A stretch of 64,000 nucleotides of DNA from Candidatus Methanoperedenaceae archaeon (GTDB lineage Archaea; Halobacteriota; Methanosarcinia; Methanosarcinales; Methanoperedenaceae), in contig CAVWCX010000019.1 in the NCBI GenBank assembly GCA_963753595.1, forward strand, positions 1 to 64,000, in the 5' to 3' direction. Below the pieces are notes generated by a model. It searched no databases. It was not told the origin of the DNA and saw only the letters and a list, made by a program, of their open reading frames with translations. Positions 10,598 to 20,052 of this stretch are shown one piece after another. Positions within the stretch are counted from its first letter, which is position 1. Every line of letters starts with the position of its first letter. The position numbers were made by a program, and so were the translations under genes.

Positions 10598-11293
10598 TTA
10601 TGAAACTCCGGAAATGTTGATCATGACGCCGCTTTTTGCTTCTACCTTGAATCCTATCATTGCCCCAACCTGTATTTCAGGATTCGAATACTTATTGATG
10701 ATCATAGTACGAAGCATTTCAGTCCCCATCTGTCGCATTTTTATTGTTATCATGATCTCGGCCGCATCCTTGAATTCGGAAACTACATGAGGAGGCATCT
10801 CCGTGCAGTCCATTGTAATAATAATCGTTTTCTGCATACCTGTTATTTTCTTGAAAAATGAAATAAGCTCAAGGCTTTTCTGTGCATCTGTCCCATATCT
10901 GATAAGTGCCGAAAGAGTATCTATAATAATTACATTTTTTTCATACAGTCCTTCCGCCCCCATGAGGCGCTGGAGAAAATCAATCCTGGGCTTTGATTCT
11001 TTTATCAATGGAAAAACCGGAATATACAATAGCTCGCCTTTTAGCAACCTGATGCCTATAGGATAATCAAGTGATTTCATCTGCCTGATAAAATTTTTTG
11101 TGGTTAATTGAGTTGAAATATAGGTAACCGTATTTTTGTTGTCAAGAAGACCATAAGCAAATCTCTGGCATAATGCGCTTTTTCCGCTCCCGCTGGGACC
11201 GTCAATCATTATCAGGGAACCTTTGGGGAACCCGCCCCCCAGCATCTGGTTCAATTCGTCCCTGTCAAGCAAAAAATTATATCCTGCTACCAT
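10598..11293 (-). CDS. arlH: Archaellum RecA/KaiC-like protein ArlH (FlaH)
   Basis: LGGGFPKGS, GPSGSGKS, QRFAYG, IIIDTLS. Confidence 0.93.
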   Translation of the reverse strand: MVAGYNFLLDRDELNQMLGGGFPKGSLIMIDGPSGSGKSALCQRFAYGLLDNKNTVTYISTQLTTKNFIRQMKSLDYPIGIRLLKGELLYIPVFPLIKESKPRIDFLQRLMGAEGLYEKNVIIIDTLSALIRYGTDAQKSLELISFFKKITGMQKTIIITMDCTEMPPHVVSEFKDAAEIMITIKMRQMGTEMLRTMIINKYSNPEIQVGAMIGFKVEAKSGVMINISGVS

Positions 11294-11295
11294 AG

Positions 11296-11754
11296 TTATG
11301 TTTTCCTGAATGAAAATGTATCTTCAATTCCATTTCCTGTTATGACCCTGAGATTGTGACTGCTCCCGCTGGCGCCTTGAATGGTTACTTGCGCATCTAT
11401 TTGCAGGACATCTCCTGAAAGCCACAACGTATCGGACGCTAAAATTGTCTTGCTAAGGTTGTTTTCAGCAATAATAGTTCCGTCTATGATGACTGTAATA
11501 TATTGTATATCGAGCCCCTCTTGTCCCGTGTTTTTTACATAAAATGTATAATTGCCGCCTGAATAAGGTATAGATTCAGCATCATTTATGATCGTAATAT
11601 CGGTCCTTAACTGCTCTGTTAATGTCCTACTTCCGACCATTGCTGCTGAGGAGATCGATTCGAGATTCATGAACATCGCTCCTGCCACACTTAATGCAAT
11701 TATAACAGATGTAATGAAAAAGACCATCTGAGTTGCTGATGCTCCTGCGCCCAT
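11296..11754 (-). CDS. arlG: Archaellum stator protein ArlG (FlaG)
   Basis: N-terminal TM, TDITIINDxxxI, FYVKNTG; operon position. Confidence 0.85.
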   Translation of the reverse strand: MGAGASATQMVFFITSVIIALSVAGAMFMNLESISSAAMVGSRTLTEQLRTDITIINDAESIPYSGGNYTFYVKNTGQEGLDIQYITVIIDGTIIAENNLSKTILASDTLWLSGDVLQIDAQVTIQGASGSSHNLRVITGNGIEDTFSFRKT

Positions 11755-11763
11755 TTTTATCTC

Positions 11764-12162
11764 CTAGGTCAGCGAATAATAATCAGCTGCGCCGTTTTCG
11801 GTTATTATCTTCACTCTGCCGCCTCCAGCTACGATTGTTACATTGATGGATGTCTCAGGCGGCCAGACACCCTGGGGATTTACAGTATATATAGAGCTGA
11901 ATTCCCCATTTAATATTACATTGATCTTACTGGAATTAAGGGTCATAGAACCATCATTAAATACTGTAAGGTTGTTGTTTCCCGGATCCCAGTTAGTAAT
12001 CACTATTCTGGTATTCAATTTTTCATTCCATAATTCATTTGAATTTTTTTTTGCTTCTTGAACCGTTTGAATGGACATATCAGCCAGCGGATAGAATATT
12101 GACGCCATATACATAAAGGACGCAATGAAAATGACCACAACAACAGAGGTTGAAAATCCCAT
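11764..12162 (-). CDS. arlF: Archaellum stator protein ArlF (FlaF)
   Basis: MGFS start, N-terminal TM, NDGS, WPPET, RVKIITENG. Confidence 0.82.
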   Translation of the reverse strand: MGFSTSVVVVIFIASFMYMASIFYPLADMSIQTVQEAKKNSNELWNEKLNTRIVITNWDPGNNNLTVFNDGSMTLNSSKINVILNGEFSSIYTVNPQGVWPPETSINVTIVAGGGRVKIITENGAADYYSLT

Positions 12163-12177
12163 AGGATCTCTCCGCTG

Positions 12178-12822
12178 TTATGGATATAGCCGTACGTACC
12201 TGTTTACTCCGAACGAGTTGGGAGTTGCTATTTCAAGATTTACAGCCTGTCCAAGTTCCTGATTCAAAGATAGCCAGAAGGTTTTTCTCGGGGCTAAGAT
12301 TATACCCTGTATAGCATTGGAAGATATCTGGATCTCTATCAAATCCCCGCTGTTAAGTACTGGTGTATAGTTAGTAAATGATTGATCTTCATCCCGCACT
12401 GCTATAGCATTATATTGGGTAGTGTTATTCATAGCAGTAATATTGATAGCTATACTTGAATAATTTAGATCGAAACGTTGGGTAGAATCCATCACCGTTA
12501 CAATAACCTGCCTCAAGTCTATGGAAGTAGTACCTACATCCGGTTTAAGCCTTATTAAGAGATCATTTATTGATTGGTTCATAGTTCCATTGATAGGTTC
12601 ACCCCTATCACCAAGAACCTGCTCTACGACAATATTTGATGAGATCTGCTGTGTTGCGTCTTTGCTTGTCTTTGTAGCTTTCTGCTGAAGCGCCCCTGTT
12701 GTGTATATTAGTACTGTGGCTGCTACTGCGGCGACAAGTACCATGGCGATGAATATGATCAAAGTGCCGACTCCGATATCACCTCTTTCATTGTCTATCA
12801 GGAATTTTTGGTTTGCTTTCAT
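12178..12822 (-). CDS. arlB: Archaellin (third, most divergent copy)
   Basis: [26 protein letters not shown] class III signal and N-terminal helix. Confidence 0.92.
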   Translation of the reverse strand: MKANQKFLIDNERGDIGVGTLIIFIAMVLVAAVAATVLIYTTGALQQKATKTSKDATQQISSNIVVEQVLGDRGEPINGTMNQSINDLLIRLKPDVGTTSIDLRQVIVTVMDSTQRFDLNYSSIAINITAMNNTTQYNAIAVRDEDQSFTNYTPVLNSGDLIEIQISSNAIQGIILAPRKTFWLSLNQELGQAVNLEIATPNSFGVNRYVRLYP

Positions 12823-12860
12823 ATTTTACTCCTTCTTATAAAGGAAAAAATTCCCCTTCT

Positions 12861-13437
12861 TCAGGGGAATAACTGGACATATGAGCCCTTAAAGGTTGAA
12901 GGAGCTACTATTTCCTTGACAACCATTGCGCCGGTCTCAGGAATAATCTGGATTGTGGCTTTTTCCCTGGGGATCAAGGTATATCCGTTCAGGGGTAATT
13001 TGAATTATTCCAAGTTCACCTGCCGACAATACGTTATTATCAGCTCCGGAACTATCCTTAATTGTAAAGGTAGAGTTCGTCGATACAGTGGCACTGTAAA
13101 CCATCGAAAGTGTTTTACTGGAATTGATATACTTAATAATAACCCTGGTAAAATCTATATCTGACCCGCCTGGAGCGAGTTGGGCTGTTATATTAAAGTT
13201 TGTAAGTGAACCGGAGTCATTTTCACCGATTATCGATGATACCTTCAAATTGGAAGCTACTTCAGCTGTCGCTTCTTTACCTGTCTGCTGGGCTTTTTGC
13301 TGCAGGATACCTGAAGTCTGGATCAACACGGCTGCTGCAACAGCTGCGACAAGTACCATGGCGATGAAGATTATCAGCGTGCCAATACCGACATCACCCG
13401 TGCTGTCTTTCTGGAAATTATTTTTTGTTTTAATCAT
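12861..13437 (-). CDS. arlB: Archaellin (second copy), frameshift at the G-run near 12992
   Basis: [27 protein letters not shown]. Removing one base gives the C-terminus ...IIPETGAMVVKEIVAPSTFKGSYVQLFP*, which matches the first copy. Confidence 0.9.
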
Positions 13438-13463
13438 ATTATCACCTTCATAAAATATTCCGT

Positions 13464-14009
13464 TCATGGGAATAACTGAATCTCTGTCAACCCTCCGAAT
13501 GTTGACGGGGCTACTACATCTTTTTGTACCATAGTACCTGTTTCAGGTATGAACTGGACGGTTCCAGTTCCCCTGGGGGCCAGAGGAGGAATGGGAATTG
13601 TAAATGTGCCAAGTTCTCCTGGCGACAGAACGTCATCCGCAGTTATTACCCGTTCTTCAGTATAAGTTGCATTGACGAAACCCGCTGAAGATGAATCAAT
13701 ATATTTATATTTCATTGCATTTGTATCAATAGGATTTCCACCTGCTGACACTTCAGCCAATATAGTCAAATTAGTAATTCCACCGGTGCTATTTGTGCCA
13801 ACAACCGATATAATTTTCAAGTTGGAAGATACTTCCGCTGTCGCTTCTTTTCCTGTCTGCTGAGCTTTCTGCTGCAGCATGCCCGAGGTCTGGATCAACA
13901 CTGCTGCTGCTACCGCCGCGACAAGTACCATGGCGATAAATATGATCAGCGTGCCAATACCGACATCGGCGTCTTCATTTAGTAATATTTTTGTTCCTTT
14001 AGCTTTCAT
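13464..14009 (-). CDS. arlB: Archaellin (first copy)
   Basis: [35 protein letters not shown]. Confidence 0.95.
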   Translation of the reverse strand: MKAKGTKILLNEDADVGIGTLIIFIAMVLVAAVAAAVLIQTSGMLQQKAQQTGKEATAEVSSNLKIISVVGTNSTGGITNLTILAEVSAGGNPIDTNAMKYKYIDSSSAGFVNATYTEERVITADDVLSPGELGTFTIPIPPLAPRGTGTVQFIPETGTMVQKDVVAPSTFGGLTEIQLFP

Positions 14010-14101
14010 AACGCCTCCGTTTATTTTTGTATTTTTTTAATAGAGTTAGGTGGCGTCATTACGCCAAACCTTTCTTCTAATTATCATTATCATGATGCAT
14101 A

Positions 14102-14148
14102 CATATAAACGGTGTTGTGAAAAAGGTGTGAAAAAGGTGTGAAAACAC
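14102..14148 (-). promoter_or_regulatory. Putative arl operon promoter: TATA box plus tandem 11-bp repeats
   Basis: Minus-strand TTTATATG at 14102-14109. TGTGAAAAAGG twice plus a partial third copy at 14116-14145 (+ strand). Confidence 0.55.
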
Positions 14149-14213
14149 AGGAAAAATGTGCTGGTGAACCTCCCTGCACCAGAGGCGGTATGGGAAAAAA
14201 GATTAAAAGAATA

Positions 14214-14846
14214 TCAGGCTAATAAGAACCTGTTATTTTTGAAATCTTTTATTTCGGTTTGTGCTGAATTGATCTTTTCTTTCAAATTTTCAAGAAGCTT
14301 CCTGCTTTCCGGGTCATTTTGAAGTTTATGGTCAGGATAAAGCTGCCGCATTAAGATGAATCGTTTCCTGTCAACGATGTTTTGTTTCAACAATAAGAAT
14401 AATAAATATAATACATCCTCCTTTTCTTTGTGATTTTTGATCGTTTTAACGCATTGTTCAAGAAGGGGGGGAATTTCAATAGCATCTCTTACGGCCATAT
14501 GGAGAGAATCCAGGGTTACAGGTATTATAAGGTAATCCGAGACCATGGAAAGCCTGAACATATCGCTGATCCCGGGAATTTTTGATGTATTTACCACAAT
14601 AGGCAGATCCGAATTATTCTTTTTTATCTTTTCTATTAAATCCCACCCACCCATATCAGGAAGTTCTATATCCATCAAGATCAGGTCAGGATTATTTTTC
14701 TTAATTGCGGCCATGCACCCTTTTGCAGTAAATGTTGTGTTAACAATATAAGTACTATCAACCATAAGAAGCATTTCGGCAAACAAGTCAGCTATATCCG
14801 GTTCACCGTTTACGATAAGTATGTATGTCTGCTTTTTTTTAGTCAT
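14214..14846 (-). CDS. Atypical response regulator (REC domain plus C-terminal helical domain)
   Basis: PDLILMDIELPDMGGWDL; the acidic pair is replaced (VNGE) and the conserved Lys is replaced (LIIPV). Confidence 0.8.
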   Translation of the reverse strand: MTKKKQTYILIVNGEPDIADLFAEMLLMVDSTYIVNTTFTAKGCMAAIKKNNPDLILMDIELPDMGGWDLIEKIKKNNSDLPIVVNTSKIPGISDMFRLSMVSDYLIIPVTLDSLHMAVRDAIEIPPLLEQCVKTIKNHKEKEDVLYLLFLLLKQNIVDRKRFILMRQLYPDHKLQNDPESRKLLENLKEKINSAQTEIKDFKNNRFLLA

Positions 14847-15422
14847 ATGAATTTACTTGGAAGACACATTAATATAAGGTTGAGTATGATTATTCTTCAC
14901 AAACATTAAAATTGAGTGAGATATTTTCTAAAGAGTTTCAAAACGTTACTCGATGAGATTTTAAGGCGCAGGTAATTCCTTTTATATAATTATTGATTGT
15001 TTTCATCACAAATATTAACCATATTTTAATACTCCTGTGAGGGCTGATTTTCATTATATTACATACATATTCCGATAAAATTGGATAATTTCACACCATA
15101 TAAGATTTAGTGAGATTAATTTCCACACTGATGATAGTGTGATGGGGTGTCCGTTTTATCTCACTCACCATTATATCAGTATGAAACATTCATTAAAGAG
15201 AGCCAAAGTATGGCAATTTTTCCACCTTTTGCCATAACCGGCTTTAAGGGTGTATATTTTCGATCAATTATAATCGTATTCGACTTTCCAAAATTAAAAC
15301 CTGCATTTCCTGCGAAATATGAGTTAAAACATGCTATACAAAATTAGTGATTACCAGAACAGGAATTTCCCTAAAACAACAACCAAAAAGTTTCGAAAAT
15401 AGGCTTTCGAATAGAACAGGAG

Positions 15423-16094
15423 CTATGATAATGCCTGGATCAAAAACATATCGTTTTCCCCGGGTATTTTATCCATGTTATTTTCCCCAAAGGTTTCATA
15501 CATTGATTTTAATGCCTCTTCCTGGGTCGAAGCACTTGTGAATAACATGAATATGGATGCCGGGTAACTCAATAGTTTACTTATTTTCTGAGGATTCTTA
15601 TTATTAGAGAGATACATTGTTATTAATTTTGCATAGAAACTATTTATTTCAGGATCTATACCAGTAATCTGGACTGATATATGACCATTTTCGCTTCCGA
15701 TATTCACGGTAATAGGCCAGTTCAGGAATGAGATCTCTTCATTTATTACCTTGTTCAGGGTATTGATATCATAACTATTGATATTTTGTTGTGAGAATAG
15801 TTGAATTGCTTCGTTTATGGGGGGTAAACTGCTTTTTCTATTACTTAATAACCACCTGAACATTGTCAGGGGAATTGTTACACCATAAATACGGTTCCGT
15901 GTCTGTTCCATTGCATGATTTTTTTCTTTAAAAAGATCTTTTGCAGTTTCAAGGCTTCCCATATTTTCGGTAACAAAGCCCGTGAAATCGATAATATCTC
16001 GCATTGCCGCAGATAAATTACCCTGGTGTTTCTTAAGCAATGGGTCAAGCATCTTCAAATGTGTGTCGCTTATAGAGACATTTTTTCTTAGCAT
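15423..16094 (-). CDS. Hypothetical protein with N-terminal ribbon-helix-helix-like segment
   Basis: MLRKNVSISD..L..L..L...GNLSAAMRDIID fits the RHH pattern. Confidence 0.6.
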   Translation of the reverse strand: MLRKNVSISDTHLKMLDPLLKKHQGNLSAAMRDIIDFTGFVTENMGSLETAKDLFKEKNHAMEQTRNRIYGVTIPLTMFRWLLSNRKSSLPPINEAIQLFSQQNINSYDINTLNKVINEEISFLNWPITVNIGSENGHISVQITGIDPEINSFYAKLITMYLSNNKNPQKISKLLSYPASIFMLFTSASTQEEALKSMYETFGENNMDKIPGENDMFLIQALS

Positions 16095-16234
16095 ATTTCC
16101 ACCTTTTTATATTGGATTGTTTTCGTGTTCATAAGGCGTAAAACCTTGATATTGCCTTATGATTCTTATGATAATGATTATAATAATCTAATAGTATTTA
16201 TAACTTATCCCTAAATTTCCCTATCTATGTGATT

Positions 16235-17010
16235 TTAAATCGAGATTATAATTTCCTCTCCCTGCTTCTTACAAAACATTTTTGCCGCATTTCCCATGTT
16301 CACTGCTACTTCAAGAAACCCATGGCTTCCGACCAATACCAGAGGATCGCCTTCTTTGCAGAAACCATATGAACTACTAAATATTACCCTTCTTTTCCCT
16401 ATCCTTAATTCATCCCCGGATAGAAAATCCGCCGATTCCCTGGAAATATTCGTGATAATATTCCCAAATGAGTCTATATATATGACTTTGCCATGAATGG
16501 AACCATTCATTTTTTCCCCTCCCCGAAATCAAGGTCCTTATATTCAAGTATACGTCCACCTACATTTTCGATCCTTGATCCTTTTGAAATATGCGCCCCC
16601 ACCGGGGCAAAAATGTCCCTGCCATGAAAAGTGCAGGATATGTTTTTTAGAAATAGATTTGTGTTTGAAATCTCATAGACTTCGATAATTCCAATGCTCT
16701 TTGCGGCCGGAATAAGAAGACCATTGTCCGGCCCGATAAAATAATGGATCTCACCGTCCTGGGATACTGCCTTGATCGCAATTGCACGCCTTTTTGTCCC
16801 GACACCAGGGTCAACAACTGCGATATGTACAGTACCTGAAGGGAAGTATTTCGCACAAGTCATTAATATGAACGCACCAGCCCGTATATCATGACGAGGT
16901 ATTGAATGTGTGATGTCCACAATGTTTGCAACAGGATCAATTCCGAGAATTACACCTTTCATGGATGCCGGATATACATCCCCGAAATCTGAAAGCAGGG
17001 TTATTACCAT
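16235..17010 (-). CDS. SAM hydroxide adenosyltransferase (DUF62, SAM-dependent halogenase family), frameshifted near 16510
   Basis: TLLSDFG, VVDPGVGT, GPDNGL, TFHGRDIFAP; second ORF has YIDSFGNIITN, GSHGFLEVAVN; the break lies in a homopolymer. Confidence 0.9.
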
Positions 17011-17301
17011 ACAGGAATATTTAATACCTGTTTAACTATATTTTTGTTTCGTTTTCTATGGAATATTGTAGATGTTGAAATTTTTGAAAACTGTTGGGAA
17101 ACCGCCTCTTGATGGTTTGCTTCTCTGCGCCCTCGCAGAAATATATTATTTCCGCCCGACCAAACATTCCCGCAGGGCAAACCTTCAAGTTGGGCGCACC
17201 GCAATTGAGGGCGGGCAGCAGGTGACGAATTTTTATTTCGTGAAGCGATAGATATTTGGCAAGCTGAAGAATCATTACTTTTGAATTAAGCTATTCTCTA
17301 T

Positions 17302-17883
17302 TCATACAGCGAAATAATAAATTGCATAATAATTTATGACCAAACTTAAAAATAACGAAATTATAGACTCTTCATTAGATAGAATAACGATACCTCCTAA
17401 ATACTTAGAACTAAAAACCATTACAATAATCCAAAAAACGAGCCAGGCAATTGCAGATAATGGCTCAACATTTATCATTCCTGTCTTTATCTTGATATAA
17501 GTACTTGTTTTTGCCCCGGTTATTTTAATGTGATATTTTCCAGTTGTTCTTGTCTTTTTTATAATTGTTGTAGATTCAGTGCTTGGTTCATCCTCATTTT
17601 CCTGCGGAATATAAAACGACGTCATCCAATAAGATGAATTACCATTTGGCTCTATGATATTAATATTCAGTTGTTCTGTCAGAGATGTTAGGGATTTTGT
17701 AGCACTGAAAATAAAAGTCATGTCTTTAATATCATTGACCAAAAATTCACTTTCAAAAGTTTCTCCTGGAAGAACCTCACCATTTAAAAGTAAATCTCCT
17801 GTATACCCTGCTAAGATGCCACCACCAACAAAAACTAAAACGTTAAAGAGGGCAAATCCCGATAACATATTCAATAGCCGCAT
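17302..17883 (-). CDS. Hypothetical membrane protein (N-terminal TM, beta-rich domain, two C-terminal TMs)
   Basis: 193-aa ORF with clear hydrophobic segments. Confidence 0.6.
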   Translation of the reverse strand: MRLLNMLSGFALFNVLVFVGGGILAGYTGDLLLNGEVLPGETFESEFLVNDIKDMTFIFSATKSLTSLTEQLNINIIEPNGNSSYWMTSFYIPQENEDEPSTESTTIIKKTRTTGKYHIKITGAKTSTYIKIKTGMINVEPLSAIAWLVFWIIVMVFSSKYLGGIVILSNEESIISLFLSLVINYYAIYYFAV

Positions 17884-18044
17884 GATCTCCTATAATTTCA
17901 ATCATGTAATATAACCTTTTTATAGTATCATGCCCGTTTGACCGCTAAATAGTTAAAGACAGAAAAATTAATAAATTGAATGAAAAGTATTAAAAATTTA
18001 TTATTTAATACCTGCTAAACTATAAAACCCGTTGTCATTCCTAT

Positions 18045-18118
18045 GGACTCGTGGGGTAGCCAGGATATCCTGGCGGGCTTCGAACCCGCAGACCCGCGTT
18101 CGAATCGCGGCGAGTCCG
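18045..18118 (+). tRNA. tRNA-Arg(TCG)
   Basis: Acceptor stem GGACTCG/CGAGTCC, anticodon arm GCGGG-CT-TCG-AA-CCCGC, T-loop TTCGAAT. Confidence 0.95.
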
Positions 18119-18209
18119 TTAATTTTAATGAAAGTGGGGAAAAAAAGGTTTGGATTTTAGATATAATATAAAAATAAAAAATAATTTCCGGCCTGTAACC
18201 GGAAATGGT

Positions 18210-19385
18210 TTATTGGAAGAAAAAATACCAGATAAGGATCAGTATTATTAAAAGTATTATTGCATACCAGACATAATTACTGTTGCCCTTTTCTTCCTCA
18301 ACCTTTGGTTGTGGTCTTGGCGTCTCGATCCTCACAGGTTTTGGTTTTGGTGGTTCCGGCTTTGGCTCCGGTTCCGGCGCCGGTTCAGGTTCAGGCTCTT
18401 TGACTTTTTCCGAGGAACCTGATATGAACGGGCTTTCAACACCAGTCAATACTGCCATGACGCGGACTTTTCCTGTCAGGCTGTTATCTACTTTTGCGCC
18501 CCAGATTATCCTCTTGGTATTGGGCACTTTATCCATTATCAATTCACCTGTGACCGCAACTTCTTCCAGTGTCAGGTCTTCGCCACCCACGATGTGGATA
18601 AGCACACCATAACAATCAGAAATATTTGTAACATCAAGCAGTGGTGTACTGATAGCCTGCGAGACAGCTTTAATAACTCTGTCTACACCGTCTCCTTCAC
18701 CAATACCGATCGAAGAGATGCCGCCGCGTTCCATTACAGCGCGAAGGTCCGCGTAGTCAAGGTTCACAAGGCTTGGCTGTGTGATAGTATCAGTCAGGTT
18801 CTTTACAAATGCCCCAACGAGTGCATTGGCAACATTAAGGGCCTCTTTTAAGGGCAGGTTTCCTGCAACTTCCCTTAATTTTGAGTTATCAATAATTACT
18901 ACAGAGTCACAGGATTCTGCAAGCAGTTTTATTGCTTCTCTTGCTTTCTCCCTTCTTGACATTTCAATCGTAAATGGGATCGTGACGCAGCCGATTGTAA
19001 GTGCGTTAATGGAACGTGTCAGCTCCGCAACAACTGGTATTGCTCCAGTTCCGGTTCCACCGCCCAATCCTGCGACCAGGAATACAAGATTTGTCCCTTC
19101 AAGTTCGGCTTTTAATTCATCGACATTCTCCCTGGTAGCCTGTGCACCCATTTCCGGGTAGCCGCCGCAGCCGTGACCCTTGCATAATTTTTGCCCGAGT
19201 AAGATCACTTTATCTGCTTTTTGGACGTAAAGATGATTCACGTCAGTATTTGCTGCAATTATCCTGCCGCCCGTAATACCTTTTTCTGCTATCCATGTTG
19301 TTATATTACAACCCGCTCCACCTAAGCCTACGACGGCAACTGATGGTTTTGCTGTTTTTGCAAACTCTTTTAGATCTGTAACCAT
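18210..19385 (-). CDS. ftsZ: FtsZ homolog with Pro/Glu-rich linker and C-terminal transmembrane helix
   Basis: GLGGAGCN, ANTD, GLGGGTGTG, VNLDYADL (T7 loop), IIWGA; tail PEPEPAPEPEPKPEPPKPKP...YVWYAIILLIILILIWYFFFQ. Confidence 0.9.
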   Translation of the reverse strand: MVTDLKEFAKTAKPSVAVVGLGGAGCNITTWIAEKGITGGRIIAANTDVNHLYVQKADKVILLGQKLCKGHGCGGYPEMGAQATRENVDELKAELEGTNLVFLVAGLGGGTGTGAIPVVAELTRSINALTIGCVTIPFTIEMSRREKAREAIKLLAESCDSVVIIDNSKLREVAGNLPLKEALNVANALVGAFVKNLTDTITQPSLVNLDYADLRAVMERGGISSIGIGEGDGVDRVIKAVSQAISTPLLDVTNISDCYGVLIHIVGGEDLTLEEVAVTGELIMDKVPNTKRIIWGAKVDNSLTGKVRVMAVLTGVESPFISGSSEKVKEPEPEPAPEPEPKPEPPKPKPVRIETPRPQPKVEEEKGNSNYVWYAIILLIILILIWYFFFQ

Positions 19386-19525
19386 ATTGTAAAAGCCTCC
19401 TTCGAAAGAATGGCTATCTATTTATATTGTTATTTTAGTATATATGCTTTTTCAAAGATTTAAACGAATTTCATAACAATAATGAGAATATAATTACTGA
19501 AATAACCAAAAAATATAATTTAATA

Positions 19526-19599
19526 TGGGCCCGCGGAGATTCGAACTCCGGATCTCCGCCATGTCAAGGCGACGTCATAACCAACTAGACCACGAGCCC
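19526..19599 (-). tRNA. tRNA-Val(GAC)
   Basis: Reverse complement reads GGGCTCGTGGTCTAGTTGG...TCGCC-TT-GAC-AT-GGCGG...GTTCGAATC...GGGCCCA. Confidence 0.95.
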
Positions 19600-19684
19600 G
19601 GTTTCTTCCCAACTAGTGGATGATTGTTATTAAACCTATCGATTGACCCAAGTTTTATATCATAACAAATGAAAATAGTTTCTA

Positions 19685-19984
19685 ATGGGAACTGTAAGTG
19701 CAAAGAAAAGGCTCCAGATCATAGAACGGGATGTGATCCCTTCAATGTTCGTCGGTATTCTCTCAAAGGATGATAAATGGCTGGAACAGACTCTTAACGA
19801 GCAACTGCCAAAGCTTGAAGAAAGGGCACTTCGCCTGGCGCATGAATGCAAGAAATCAGGGGAATGCGCAGAGGATGACCCGCTGGCTGATGAAACACGT
19901 ATTAAGGTCTTATTTGAAGAGACTCGCTCAAAACTTGGAAAAGAGCATCTTACAAGGGAAGCTCATTCGAGATATTCGCATTAA
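19685..19984 (+). CDS. Hypothetical protein
   Basis: 99-aa ORF with natural composition, co-oriented with downstream genes. Confidence 0.65.
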   Translation: MGTVSAKKRLQIIERDVIPSMFVGILSKDDKWLEQTLNEQLPKLEERALRLAHECKKSGECAEDDPLADETRIKVLFEETRSKLGKEHLTREAHSRYSH

Positions 19985-20052
19985 GCCTGCATGAGGATAC
20001 AAAATGAAACTCCCCCGCTAACTATTTATTGGAAAATTGTGATTTACCACCT

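Noticed and set aside
17004-17275. Two short ORFs (66 and 79 aa) upstream of the DUF62 gene
   Set aside because: They overlap in different frames, use non-ATG starts and contain no motifs.
17302-19599. tRNA-associated integrated element
   Set aside because: No integrase and no duplicated tRNA 3' end (att site) were seen.
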